Shown here in pieces: positions 21,859 to 35,500 of a DNA stretch of 64,000 nucleotides (position 1 is its first letter; each line of letters starts with the position of its first letter). The stretch is from Laetmonice hystrix (Eukaryota). The stretch lies in NCBI GenBank assembly GCA_965235115.1, contig OZ249444.1, positions 2,046,001 through 2,110,000 of the forward strand. The letters are read 5' to 3'. The position numbers and the translations under genes were made by a program. Under the pieces are notes generated by a model. That model ran no database searches. It worked only from the letters and a program-made list of their open reading frames with translations, and was not told the DNA's origin.

Positions 21859-22273
21859 TGTCGTGGGGTCCGCCTTCATCCTGTTCCAGTCAATCGGCGT
21901 AGCCCTTTCTCCGACCCCAATCCCAAGCGAATGCCATTGATGTTACATTAAGGTTACCTTCTAGTAAGTCATCTGTGGGCATTAAATATTTCGGTTATAT
22001 GACATTACCCCAACATCTGAGATGCATAGTGATGAACTCATTTGATTCCTAGGGGCTATGAACATGGGTGTAGGAGTTGATCCTATGCCTCTATTCTATG
22101 CCTCTATGTCTGATATGTCGATTACGTCATGACCGTGGCATCTGAGATTGAAAATGTTTAGCTTTATCGATTAAGAAATACCAGTATTGCAAGCAGACCT
22201 TGTTGCATGCTCAACTTGGACATCGTCTGGTGGCTGAAAATCATCATCGAAGGGATTGATGTACTATTTGAAT

Positions 22274-22766
22274 TCGGTGGGTATCAGGCGGTATATATCT
22301 TCATCGAGTCCGTGTGGTGGGTCATGTGGTGGACCGCCTCCAGTCGGTGGGTATCAGGCGGTATATATCTTCATCGAGTCCGTGTGGTGGGTCAGGTGGT
22401 GGACCGCCTCCAGTCGGTGGGTATCAGGCGGTATATATCTTCATCGAGTCCGTGTGGTGGGTCAGGTGGTGGACCGCCTCCAGTCGGTGGGTATCAGGCG
22501 GTATATATCTTCATCGAGTCCGTGTGGTGGGTCAGGTGGTGGACCGCCTCCAGTCGGTGGGTATCAGGCAGTATATTATATCTTCATCGAGTCCGTGTGG
22601 TGGGTCAGGTGGTGGACCGCCTCCAGTCGGTGGGTATCAGGCAGTATATATCTTCATCGAGTCCGTGTGGTGGGTCAGGTGGTAGACCGCCTCCAGTCGG
22701 TGGGTATCAGGCAGTATATATCTTCATCGAGTCCCTGTGGTGGGTCAGGTGGTGGACCGCCTCCAG
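22274..22766. repeat. 70-bp minisatellite, 7 copies
   Basis: Unit tcggtgggtatcaggcggtatatatcttcatcgagtccgtgtggtgggtcaggtggtggaccgcctccag starts at 22274, 22344, 22414, 22484, 22554, 22627 and 22697. Confidence 0.97.
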
Positions 22767-24033
22767 TTTTCTGTCTTGTGGTAATTGGAATATGCCTTTA
22801 TGCAGGCAACACTCGGAAACAGATAATGTTGTTATTTGGGCAACACCCGTTTATTATAATATTAAAAATATAAGTTGGACAGTGAGCCCACACTGCACGT
22901 GTCCAACATTAATTAAAGGTTTAGGAAAATTAGGTTATTTCTGAACAGAAAGGGTGTCACCATCCTATTTTTGACAATGAGCCCACGCTGCATTGTCATG
23001 GGAATAGATATGGTAAAAAATTACAACTAACGGTAACAATAAGTACATGTCTATGAATCCACACTGCACCGTCTCGAAACCATTAATGTCTATGTTCTTA
23101 AATCTAAAAATAGGAACATTATCGTTCAAAAATATGTGTTAAAGGGTTAAAAATGTGTTGAACAGTTAAATGTGAGTGACGACGCAGGGCGCATCAAACA
23201 AATGGCCTAGAGCGGCAGGTGGGGCGGGGGGGGGGCACTGAAAACCTTTACGCTGCGTGTCTTGAAGAAAGTGGGAAGGTTCAAGGACAACGTCACGGTC
23301 GTCAACCGGTTGCGGCATGATGCATGATGGGATTCGGCGTGACATAATTATTCAACACATGACCCAGAAAGTTGTTGCCATGACGGCACTGATTGGGACA
23401 GTAGGCATCTCCGTGTTTTCCTGCATAAAATTCATTGAACCTTCGGTTACAACGTGCCTTTTTGGCACCAATTTTCATCATTTTCCACTGTTCCTGCTTT
23501 TGCGTTCTAGAGTCCTTCTGTCGGGCAGCAAATGTCTTGTACACGCTGTCCCATGCACTAGCCTTTTTCTTATTTATCCCCGCATCAGTCGATTACTTTC
23601 ACGTGGTCCCTTATACAGTCTAGTAGAAAATGGCGCTCTGAACTTTGCCAATTCCTTGCACGTTTTCTTGGTGCACACTTTACTTCTGCAGGCTGTGTGA
23701 CATGTTGACTGTGTGGCAGCTAGAACTGTCTTGTGATTTGCATTACATAACGGGTGCAGGTCATCTATGGATTTCCTGGTGGCTTTGTACTCAAATACCG
23801 TGGAATACCACTACACTGTGGAATATGCTTATACTTCGTATAGTTCTACGCAGAATTGTTCTACTTGGTTTTATGCATACCGAATTTTCTAAACCGGGTA
23901 GCGGTGAATAACAATTCTTGGAATAGGCTGAACCACAGTAGATCTATAGTTACCTCCTCTTTTATGCATACGGGCTCAGGTATTGGCTGGCAACCTTCCA
24001 GGCGAGCCGTATCAGATAAGTCTGCAGACCGGA

Positions 24034-24916
24034 GGCCTGTTTCTCGAAAGCGTCGTATGAGTTATGCCATGCGTATCCTATCGTTGGTGTTTCTCGACGG
24101 CTGCGCAACTTTGCGCCGTTGCGTAAATCAAGTCTAAAGTTACGACGACCAGCGAGGTGACGTACGCAGCCGATTCTGAGTGGTTTGCGGAAATTGACCA
24201 GTGAAGCAGGAAAACATTGGGCAGGTTAAAAGACATGTATACTCAATATAAGTCCAAATTATGGGTAGAAAAGTGCTAGCAGTAAACTTGATTTTACTTT
24301 GATTTTCCTCAATGTAGCATCATTTGCTACATTGAAAAACGATGAACATTATTGTCATCAATCTGACATAATCGAACATAAACTATCCATAGAACAGGAA
24401 AATGAGAGAGAGATAAACTTTATAAACAGTAAACGCTTTACTGATAACGACATTTGGTACCGTATTAATGAATTTGTACCATTTGAATGCACTATCGTAC
24501 CCCTAGTTTCACTATGGGCTACTCTTGTTCAAAATAATGGACAAACATCTTATGTCAGAGACAATTCTTATGTTCGTTTCTAATGTAAACCTCTGATTTA
24601 CCCCCAGAAAGGTTATATGCACTACCGCGTGACTGATTGTTATACACCTCTATCCCCTGTCCTCAGACCTCCCTCTCATGTGTTGGCCACTTCGAACTGC
24701 ATGGTGAAGCTATTTCAATGACAATAGATTGCCATAGAAACGCACTTATTTGACCTCTTTTTGACGCCACCTAGTATGTCATTACAGTACCCTGTTATGC
24801 CCAAGTCCTTAGGTTAGGTCGAGAAACCATCTTACGCCATGACTTATGCCATTCGTAATGCCTTGCGTAAATCCTTACGTAAGTGTTGAACTTACGACAC
24901 CTTCGAGAAACAGGCC
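24034..24916. mobile_element. MITE with TIR GGCCTGTTTCTCGAA (Harbinger-like, tentative)
   Basis: Perfect 15-bp inverted repeat at 24034-24048 and 24902-24916, extended by imperfect ...GTCGTA...GTT. TSD not resolved. Confidence 0.7.
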
Positions 24917-25194
24917 CCTGGGCTTCATTTCTAAAGCCTGTCCGCAGGAATGCTGGCACGCTATCAGTGGGTCCTCCCACAGACGTCGGTGTGGTCTGGT
25001 GAACGACGTGAGCAGATTTTCGGTTCACTCACTGACCACCTCGTGACATACCTCACTGACCACCACGTGACATGTCTCACTGTTCACCATCATGAATATT
25101 AATGAAACAGCTGATCACCGCACGCCTGTCCACAACACAAGTTCAAGGACGGTGGTAACATATCACATAAAGGTTATGTTTATAACATTCAGGG

Positions 25195-25614
25195 TCGGGG
25201 CCCATAAATTTCTGCCTAAAAATTGACGTAGTGTTGACGTAAGAAGTAGAATGCTACTTCTTATACCGATTTGACGTAGGCCTGCCTCCGTCCAAGTGGA
25301 GAGCCGTCGGTAGGGACTTTTCTTTGGCGTGATGTGGGCTTTTATTTCAACGCAACATCAATTTTTATTAAAACATTAATGGGACCACATCCAGTATGTT
25401 CCTGGCACCACCATGAAACTTCATATATGTTGATGTAACATTATAAACTACATTAATTCAAAGTTTAGTATATTAATTCTTATTTTAGGAAGTTACGCAG
25501 GCAGGCTCCACCTGCGTAGAAATAAGCCCCTTACGTCAGTTACGTCGGTGACTTCTATTTGACATAAGTGATTATGGGCTATCTAAATTCTGACGTAACA
25601 TTTATGGGCCCCGA
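25195..25614. mobile_element. MITE with TIR TCGGGGCCCATAAAT
   Basis: Perfect 15-bp inverted repeat at 25195-25209 and 25600-25614, with subterminal TGACGTA motifs. Confidence 0.7.
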
Positions 25615-25918
25615 AAGTTCATGTCCCTTGAAATATAGTTCAATATTCTAGATAAAAATTATGGTAGAACGTTTCATCAGACTGTCGACATAAAAGTACA
25701 CTATATGCTGGGGGTAACTTGTTTTTTTTTCCGACGTGCATTGTTAAACTATACATTATGTATTATAATCATTTAATTGAATTATAGATTGTTTAGCATA
25801 GGGGCCTACTAGACGACCGTTATTTTAATAGCCAACTATAAAATATAGCATTCGTTGCATCTGTTGCAGGTTAAAAGAACCAAAGATTCTCACCAGACTG
25901 CCCAAAGCATACAATTGA

Positions 25919-26286
25919 AATGGGAGACTGGAGACGCATGCGCAACGGCGCATTCCAGTAATATCGTAATAACTAGCACTGTCGCCCCGGTCCTCTCGAC
26001 TGCAAATTAGCATGACGTTATATAGGACGACGGAATGCTAATCTGTGGCAGGATGCATTTAGACTATTTGTTATAAAAATTAATAACTCGATAAGCTTCG
26101 CCAGGTTGAATAGCTCCTAAATGCACCATAATATTTCATAACAAATAGCACTACGGCACCCAGCTACAGATTATCATTTCGTCGTCCTATCTAACGTCAT
26201 ACTAATGTGTAGTCATACGGGACCGAGGCGATAGTGCTGCCGCCACGTGGAAAAGACGGGAACTCCATTATTTCGAGTCTCCCATT
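25919..26286. repeat. Long imperfect palindrome (foldback element)
   Basis: aatgggagact vs agtctcccatt; atgacgtta(t)ataggacgacg vs cgtcgtcctatctaacgtcat; ctatttgttat vs ataacaaatag. Centred near 26100. Confidence 0.75.
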
Positions 26287-26858
26287 GAACCTATTAACAT
26301 TTTATCATTATATTTTACTGACTGTCTCGCGTTTACCACTAATATCATTTGGAAATCCATTATTGCATGCAGTTTGATACAGACAGGCCTTCGGCAGAAC
26401 TTTCTGGTTCTCTGACCCTACTCATAATTTAGAAACCATAGTTTCAAAATTTAAGGTGTATAAAAGGGTATAGTGATTAACTGCTCAAGTATACATTCTG
26501 TTTTTTTTTTTATTTCTGTTCTTGTTTCCTTTTTTCCGTTTCATTCTGGGCCCCCATCTTTCTCAGTTTTACAGTAATTTGTAAACGCCCAGGTTTTAGA
26601 CTAACCGGAAAGGGTATCAGTAATACCGTCGACGGGAAATATTTTTCCATAGCATGTAATAATAATAATGAAAAGAAAAAAAACCGCCAAATGACCATCT
26701 GTTGACCACGTCTGTGGTGGTCGGTGGCTCAGGTGTGACAACCTGGGTACAGCCGGCTGACCAGAATACCTGTGTAATAGTTGGTCAGATCACGTGACCT
26801 TGTTCTAATTGGTTAAGGTATTTCACAATAAGCTAGAACCCCTGTGTGATCTATATAT

Positions 26859-27727
26859 TGTGACGTAGCCAACGGCAGTAGATGACAAACATCCAGAATT
26901 TTATTTTGAACAATTTAATGAATCCTCACAGTTACACAATGATGACAAAATAAGGTCTGATTCACAATCATAAAACTCAGTGTTTTACCTTCTGGAATGT
27001 TCCTACCATCTATTGTGGTCTATTGTCCCGTCCGCAATTCCAGAACGTTCTCAGTCCATACGCAAATCCAAATCAGAGTTCGAATAAAGTTCCAGTTTGT
27101 TTCCTCCGTGGATTTCACAAGCACAATGCCAACACGTAAATTCAAAGTTCACATAAAGTTCCAGTGGTTTTCCTCCGTGGTTTTCACAAGCACAATGTCC
27201 ACAGCACAAGTTCAAATACACACTCCAGGAATCCGTGGATAAATCTTCCTGTTGAAGTCGCCAACTTCAGTAGCACACGAATTGAAGACCCGTAGCCCTA
27301 GGCTATAGTCTACTGTCCACGTACAGCTCCAGGCCCAAATACGACAGCTTTTGTAATCCCACACTGAGCGATAATGCACTATCTCACAATCGTCAATCAG
27401 GTCTTGTTCCAACGTAGTCGTAGTCACTAAACTACACTCTCTATTAGATCTCAACGCAAGTCTCCCCACATCATCAGTTCTACCAGCTTATATACCTTCA
27501 GTTTAAGAACCTTCTCGTTGTAGAATGTTTGTCTGTCACTGGATAATTCTAGTTGTTTGAGAACTTTCTGGTTTCCGACTATTACGGGAACTTTCTGGTC
27601 TCACTGTGAAAACCTGGAACCTCCAACTTAAGCTCCCTCTGGCGGAACATTTAACTACCAGACCACAGCGCCACCTGGCGGATTAGAACTATCCTACACT
27701 GAGGAATTCTACCTCACACACATCACA
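26859..27727 (-). repeat. Gypsy D 3' LTR
   Basis: Reverse complement of the B-type LTR; direct repeat of 58551-59419. Confidence 0.96.
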
Positions 27728-27849
27728 CCTCCCCTCTAGGAAAGAAAAATTTTTACCTGTAAAAAAATTTATATACTATGTAATCTTTACACAGTTATAA
27801 CACACATATGACTGGCAAATATTACACAACCAACTTGGTGTATAATAGC

Positions 27850-28150
27850 TTAACATCGAGACAAACAATCGGCAATACCATTATCTTTACCTTTGATGTG
27901 CTTAATTTCAAGATTGAACTCTTGCAAAATCAAACTCCAGTTTAGCAACCTCCTATTCTTATTTTTCATCTTACACAGAAACACCAAAGGATTATGATCC
28001 GTGTATAGAGTGATGGGTTTCTGACCAGTACAAATGTACACATCGAAATGTTGCAATGCCAAAATCAAAGCCAACAGCTCCTTCTCGATAGTAGAGTAAT
28101 TCTTCTGATGTTGATTGAACTTCTTTGAGAAGTAAGCAATTGGATGTTCT
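27850..28150 (-). pseudogene. Gypsy D RNase H C-terminus
   Basis: EHPIAYFSKKF...EKELLALILAL...YTDHNPL...IADCLSR. Confidence 0.93.
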
Positions 28151-28163
28151 AAGCTTACCATTT

Positions 28164-30315
28164 ATGTTGTTATCAGATAGAGACATTATTGCTGAATTTA
28201 AAGGCGTTTCTTATCCTATGAAGCAAAATGAATACGATCTTTTGAAATGGATTAATTATGCAGACTCTGAAATAGAAGAACATCTCCCCTTAAATGAGAT
28301 TGACCCTGATACGAATTGGTATACTACCAGCCAAATACAATCGACAAAATGCATTTCCCTAGATACATATATTGAATTAAGTGCAAGCTGGAATGATGCC
28401 GGGTTAACAACAAATGGTATGTTTTATATGAATATTAGAAGCCTTCCTAAACATTACAATGAATTACAAACCCTTTTATTGCAAAATAACTTTAGAATGC
28501 TGACCGTATATTGCAGAAAACCGGTTAAAGAATGAAAACGTAAATTTGTACAACTTAGTAGGATACAACAGTGTAAATGACTGCAGGAAAAAGAAAATAG
28601 GTGGAGGTGTCTCCATCATGATCAGAGAAGATTTATCATTTCACTGCATCGATCAACTATCCCTTATGGACTGTGACATTGAATCGATTTGTGTTAAATT
28701 GGAAGGAAACAATGTAGTGAATGATACAAACATTTGTTGTATTTATAGACCACCCCAGGGTAATATTCAAGAGTTTGCAAACAAGTTCAATTATATACTA
28801 GTGAAACTCTCTAAACATCCAACATATATTTTCGGTGACTTCAATATAGACCTCAAGAGAAGATCAGAATCTTCTGAAACTTTGCTAAACACTGGGTTCT
28901 CATATGGATTTCACCCTATTATCGATAAACCGACCAGAGTTCATAAACTTTCTAAGACAGTCATTGATAACATTTTTACAAATTCTTATGAGAGAATCTC
29001 GGATCACTATGTACTAGCTAGTGATGTTTCTGATCATTACCCATTATTAGTAACTATAGTAATTACTGAACCCAGTAAGAAGCAAATCAAACTGAAGAGA
29101 AAAATAAATAAGAAAAATGTCGAGACCTTTATTCAGACTATTCAATCCTATAAATTTACTGAAATCTTAAATATGGAAACATCGTCTGAAGCCTACAGCA
29201 TCCTACACCAAATTATAACCAAAACAACAAATCATTTCCACTTGCTAAACCTACATCCGCTTACAAAGATAGACTTCCATGGGTGGATATTAAACTTTAA
29301 AAAATAATCAAATTAAAAAACCAAATGTATATTACATCCCAAAAATATCCAACAATTGAGAATCAAGATAACTATAAGCGCCTCAAATCACTAGTAAATA
29401 AACAATTAAAAATATCTAAAAGAAACTATTACAGAAATCTATTATTAGAAGTGGGACAAAATATGAAGAAACAATGGCAAATACTTAAGGAAATCACAGG
29501 ACGTGACAAAACTAAAGATTGCCCCACTTTCTACATCTCAGAGGATGGGTTTCGTGAAGAGGATCACTTGGCTATCGCTGAAAATTTTAACACATATTTC
29601 TCACAAATTGACGAAAATCTTGCTCGCAAAATCCCATCTGAAAATATCGACGTTACTACTTACTTACACAATCCAACACAAGCAAGTATTTTTCTAAACC
29701 CCACAACTCCTAGTGAAATTCAAAAAATAATTTTAAATCTAAAAGACACGGCTGGGGGATGGGACAATTTATCAACAAAGCTTATCACCAATATTCTTGA
29801 TCACATTCTAGTCCCACTCACACATATAATCAATCTTACCCTTGAAACTGGAGTATTTCCATCTGAATTGAAAATTGCAAAAATTAAGCCGATCTTTAAA
29901 GCCGACAACAAACACCTGTACACCAATTATAGACCAATATCATTGCTACCAACCTTCTCCAAGGTCTTTGAAAAGATCATATACACCCGACTTATAAACT
30001 TCTTTGACAAACACAAAATAATATACTCCAGACAATTCGGGTCTCGTTCATCGTACTCAACCGAATTAGCGCTAAACCATTTAGTTAATGATCTTGCTAA
30101 AGCTCAAGCCAGTCAACTTAACACAATAGGAATATTTCTAGATTTCTCTAAGGCTTTTGATACGGTAAACTTTGACATTTTATTGACTAAGCTAAATCAC
30201 TACGGAATTAGAGGAAAACCATTAAAGCTGATGGAGTCGTACTTACGCGAGCGACTACAACATACCATGTATCAAAATTCGATTTCAAAGAACAAACCTA
30301 TCACCACAGGGGTAC
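28164..30315 (+). pseudogene. LINE ORF2 part 1 (endonuclease and RT N-half)
   Basis: ATG at 28164; frameshifts near 28500 and 29270; ends ...PITTGV at the Gypsy E junction. Confidence 0.9.
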
Positions 30316-31144
30316 TATCATCAAGTATAATTTAATGTTTTCTATATTTTATTCTTAATCTGTTTTATCCTTAATATTTCATGTTTCCACGTTTGGTGGA
30401 TATATATATATGTATCTTCTCTGCAGCAGACATCGTAATATTTTGAGAGTGGTATGCAGAGGCCACACACAGGTCAGAAATATGTAGACCTATCTCTATT
30501 TTAATCTTGGGAGGATGTGGAGGGGATATACGGTGGCTCAACGGAAAATCCCCAGCATGAGATCCCTGGTCCCCTAACACCTACCCCAGTCCTTATATGG
30601 TAGGGACATCAACTGACCAGTGGTCACCTCTGACGTGATTCCACGTATTTTGGGGGTCGGCCGCTGGTCCTCCCTTTGCCCCTCCAGATAAGGGCATGAT
30701 CTAGGAAACCACACCCCCTCTCACCGTGGGCAGCACGTGGGTGCAGGGCAGGGTTCATACTTGACCATGCGCTGTACCCACAGTATATAAGTCCCACAAA
30801 ATCCTACCCAGACAGATAGACCATAGACCAGATAGACACAGATAGACACACATAGACATTCAGATACGATACATAGGAGACACCCAGTCACCATCACCAT
30901 CCACGTCAGCCACCAGCCACTCCACTCCTCCGGTAAGTCAGCTTCTCACATTGTTGACGGTCACACTTGTACTGGGCATTTATACAACCTCTCGTAAGCT
31001 CTACTCGTATTAAATTATTCTCTCTAACTCACGGATCCTACGTTATTATTCCCCTCCTATTATTAATTGTGTCGTTCCCGCTTGCTCACGCTAGTCTCCC
31101 CCCACAACACGAAACCACCCATACACCGGTTAAGCGGGACGACA
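30316..31144 (+). repeat. Gypsy E 5' LTR (TA...CA termini)
   Basis: Direct repeat of 45861-46689; TATATAA at 30784-30790; GTAAGT donor-like site at 30933-30938. Confidence 0.95.
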
Positions 31145-31196
31145 GTTGGTGGAGAGCAACCCGGGTATTCGACTCCCATAACATATTCAAAATTTT

Positions 31197-32594
31197 ATGT
31201 CAAAAACTATTTCCACCCCCAGTACGAGTAGACCCGATACTGCATGTCCAGCACATGCTACGAGGTCCAGAAAGCCGGAGTTAGTTGGACAGTGGTCTGT
31301 GTCGGCTAGACAGGTGACTGATCCTCCTCCATCTCCTCCATCTACTCCATCTCCGCCTCCAACTCCACCGCCTCCATCACCACCTCCTGAGAGAATGGCT
31401 GAACAACCCGCCTGCCCGCCCTACACACAAACCTTTAACGGCTATTCAAGCAAGGATGGAGAAAATTTCATAGACAATTTTGATACCTACTGCAGCCACT
31501 ACAACTGCACGGCTAAAGAGAAGACGAATCTTGTGTCTCTGTCGTTGACAGAGTTGGCCAGGGACTGGCTCAAATCATTTCTTGAGAGAGAGGTCGCTTA
31601 TGGTACTGAGGAGGCCAAGTGGGAGGCCCTAAAACGTGAATTTGGGGAACGGTTTAGGCATTCAGCAGACGATGTGCTCTTAGGGGAGCGTGCACTGGCC
31701 AGTCGGACACAGTTACCTAACGAGCAAGTAACCGCCTATATTGATATCATGCAGCTTGCTGCCCGCCACTGCCCAGAAGTAACTGAGCCTCAATTAGTGC
31801 GGCTGATACTTGGAGGACTACGGCCAAAGATTAGGTCTCTGGTCATGACGCAACGCCCCCAGACTGTGGCCGATCTATATACGGCATCAGCCAACTGTAG
31901 CACACACAGCTACAGTGGCCCCGTAACCCAGGCGGCACCCCTGAACCTGAGACCGGCAGCACAACCCTTCACCACCCAGTCAGCAGCCCCACCCTTCACC
32001 ACCCAGTCAGCGGTTACATCATCACCCTCATCAACGGCCAGACTACCAGCACCCTCAGCCCTGCACTCCATCAGTAACCTACTGTATGGACAAACAACAA
32101 CAGACGTCACACCAGTAGATTTCACCCCATCCCAGCAGGACCAAACATCGTCAGCTCTACAGAGATTGACAGAAATGATGGAGAAATTAACAACAGCAGT
32201 CAACACACAAGTCAATAGCCATCAACACAACAGCCATCAACACTCCTACAGATCGACATCGCCATCACACAATAGAAACCCATCACCGCGCTACCATCAG
32301 AGGGGAAGATCGCCCTCACCCAGGTCATCAGGCAACAGTTACTGTGGCAACTGTGGAGACACCAGTTGCAGAGGTAGGCCCAACTGTCGCGCCAGAGGTA
32401 TGACTTGTCATCATTGTGGCAGAATAGGACATGTAATTTCTATGTGCAGGAGTAGGAAGAGTGGCATGCTTGGGCAAACATCCCTCAGGTACACCCCTCC
32501 CAGCCGCGGCAGAGCAAATGTTCAGTTTATGGCACCATCACACCCCCAAAATAACCAGTATACTACCCAGCGCCACCCCTCACACTGGCATTGA
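31197..32594 (+). CDS. Gypsy E Gag (Pro-rich N-terminus, capsid-like domain, CCHC knuckle)
   Basis: Open 465-aa ORF; FNG...ENFIDNF; RTQLPNEQVTAY; CHHCGRIGHVISMC. Confidence 0.9.
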   Translation: MSKTISTPSTSRPDTACPAHATRSRKPELVGQWSVSARQVTDPPPSPPSTPSPPPTPPPPSPPPERMAEQPACPPYTQTFNGYSSKDGENFIDNFDTYCSHYNCTAKEKTNLVSLSLTELARDWLKSFLEREVAYGTEEAKWEALKREFGERFRHSADDVLLGERALASRTQLPNEQVTAYIDIMQLAARHCPEVTEPQLVRLILGGLRPKIRSLVMTQRPQTVADLYTASANCSTHSYSGPVTQAAPLNLRPAAQPFTTQSAAPPFTTQSAVTSSPSSTARLPAPSALHSISNLLYGQTTTDVTPVDFTPSQQDQTSSALQRLTEMMEKLTTAVNTQVNSHQHNSHQHSYRSTSPSHNRNPSPRYHQRGRSPSPRSSGNSYCGNCGDTSCRGRPNCRARGMTCHHCGRIGHVISMCRSRKSGMLGQTSLRYTPPSRGRANVQFMAPSHPQNNQYTTQRHPSHWH

Positions 32595-35500
32595 TGTGGC
32601 TCATCTGTTCACAATAGGGTTCATTTGAACAGGGAGAATACCACAGATAGTTTGCTGGCAAAGAAGTTATTCAATGATTATGAAAGAATAGATCAAGTCA
32701 AAACATTATTTTCCTCTAAAGACTCCAACCTTTCAAAATCTTCAGACATTATATACAGTTCTCAAACCAATCAGTCAGTTGTCAAACAAATACAACCCAA
32801 GGCTAGGTTACCCCCATCTCAAAACAAGAAAATAAATAGTGCTACTCTGAGAATTTTATCCAATCAGGACACTAATACAGATTTACCAGATTCAGATCAT
32901 AAAGAAATAACAGTACCACGCATCATGCAAGTCAATTCTAACACAGATAGCGAGTTTGGTAATCTTATCAGACTCAAGGTAGGCAACATTTCAACCCTTG
33001 CATTGGTTGATTCAGGTGCACGTGTCTCATGCATATCAAATAATTTCTTACGCAATATGCCTACAACACCAAAACAATTAATGCCTTTATTTGATGCTGT
33101 CGTTGGTGTTGGTGGTGAAGAACATAAAGTTCTTAGTTGCATTGAATTAAAGTTAAACATTCAAGGCAATCTTGTTACCCAGACCTTCCATGTTTTGGAG
33201 GGACATCATTCCGTTATCTTAGGACTGGATTTCCTCAATAGGTACAATATTCAACTGAACTTTGAAGAAGGTAGCATGATTTTTCCAACAGGGAAATGTA
33301 TACCTCTTCAGCATCCACCACGACGGACAACAGTAGCTAGGACTGTTAGTACTATCCATATATTGCCAAGGTCATAACGAACAATAACAGTTGCTTTCTC
33401 TAAACCTCAACACAGCCTTATCTATATGGAACCAGTATTTTCACTTCAGGAATTCCACCCAGATTTAGTTGTACCTCCAACTGTGGATGATCCCAAGGGA
33501 CGCTTTACACAGTGTAAACTTTTAAATCACTCAGACAATTTAATTATTCTTCCAAAATTCACAGCTATTGGATTAGCGTCTACCTTATTCCAACCTGAAA
33601 TATTATACAATAGTGAGGATGCCTTCAACGATGAGCTCTCAGGCCTTTATAAGGGAATGACTGAGTCTCAACTTCCAAAGCAAGACATTGATTTTGATGT
33701 CTCAAACTCCAACCTATCTCCTGAAAACAAATCAGAGCTTTTAGAATTTTTAAAGGCACATAGAAAGGCATTTGCAGTTGACATCAGTGAATTAGGAACA
33801 GTAAAGGTAGCACCCCATACGATAGACACAGGAGATTCACCTCCTGTCTCTCAACGGTTCTACAGAGCCAATCCAATCGTCAGGGAGGAAATAGATAAAC
33901 AGATTGACCTACTTTTAAAACACAACGTTATTGAACCTTCCACCTCCATGTGGAGATCTCTTATTGTTATGGTTCGAAAAAGTGACTCTTCCTACTGTTT
34001 TGCCATTGACTTTCGTAAACTAAACCAAGTTACTAAGAAAATTTCGTTTCCCTTAGCTCGAGTCGAGGATGTTTGGGATTCTATTGGCCAACGGAAGAGT
34101 GCTATTTATAGCCTTCTCGATTTAAATTCGGGATTCTGGCAGGTAAAACTCGATCCAGCAACAAAACACAAAACAGGATTCGTTACCCAACATCGCCAAT
34201 TTCAATTTCGCAAGTTACCATTCGGTTTGTGCAATGCCCCAGCTACTTTTCAGAAAACCATGACTGAAGTGCTTGGAGATACTCTCTATGACTGTGCCTT
34301 CGTCTACGTCGATGACATAATCGTCCACTCGCCTGACTTTAAAACACATTTAAAAGACCTTGAACGAGTTTTCAAACGCCTTGAAGAAGCTGGTATAACT
34401 CTGAAACCGAGTAAATGCAAATTTGGTGAGAATTCTGTCAAATATCTAGGTCACATTCTATCAAAGGATGGAATTCGCCCAAACCCAGACAAAAGCAGAA
34501 TTGTTAAAGCGATCCGAAACCGCCACTAGCAATAGGGCCCATGGATAACCATGGTATAGTGCCTTTTACCTGCCACCATCTAATTCCCACAAAGTCTGTG
34601 TGTTAAAAGTAATCCCCGATAGAAACTGACAGTTGCCCGTTTGCTCACGGCGTCCATCTTGCCGAAATTCACTGCCGTGAGACCTTAAAAAATGGCGTCC
34701 CTAGAGCCTACCCCATTCCCCCATCACTGTGTTGGTCAACCATCTTCACGGACACTATGTACAATAATGGTTACCGGTGAACTCGGACCATGGTTATCTC
34801 GGCCCATGTCGATTACATGACTTCATGTCCCCTTCATGCGTGCCCTGTCCCAGGCTCCATGCCTCATCCGACACCCGAGTCAGGTGGTCAAGTCAACAAC
34901 GGGGCAGCACGGTGCTCCCGACGGGCGTGCACTGGTGGTTGGACGGGGCCAGACATGCCAATTTGGTCGATCGACGTAGTGAAAAATCTCTTACCGGGCG
35001 CTTAAACGAACAGAAATTCGTCGCAATACCCTCCAACGCATGAAATGATGGCTGAAAGCTATTATTTATACGGAGAATTGTCAACTAGAGAATGAAATGT
35101 ACACTGGTTGGGTCATGGATCGAGTCTGACAGTAGTGACAGACTACGGCAGTCTACGGCCGGGGACATGGCGTGCACTGCCACTGTCAAAGCGTCGGGCT
35201 ACCGTTCAGCTAGCACACCCAGGCATATCTTCACGAAGGATCAGCACCAAGTCAGTGGTGTGGTTAGACCTGCTGATCGGTCTCCTAGTACTATGACACG
35301 GATAATCTTACTCGCAGCTCTCAGTCTAGACTCTCTGACTACCTTGTATCCTCACCCGATCTGACAGCTAGTCGAAACTCGCGGCTCTGGCGACGTCACA
35401 CTTCCGGGTGACCTGACTGTTTTTGATTGGCTGAATCAATCTCCCATGTGATAATGTGATGTAAAATGGCGCCGAGTTCATTTCTCGGCTAGAGGTACGG

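Noticed and set aside
21441-21951. ORFs spanning the N run
   Set aside because: They are artefacts of the assembly gap.
20400-22250. Possible degraded Penelope-like (GIY-YIG) element on the minus strand
   Set aside because: Only vague P-L-G-type fragments were seen and I could not recover a convincing motif series; it needs a translated search.
22207-22944. 245-aa and 205-aa Trp/Gly/Ser-rich ORFs
   Set aside because: The 70-bp unit cycles through all three frames without stops; there is no independent coding signal.
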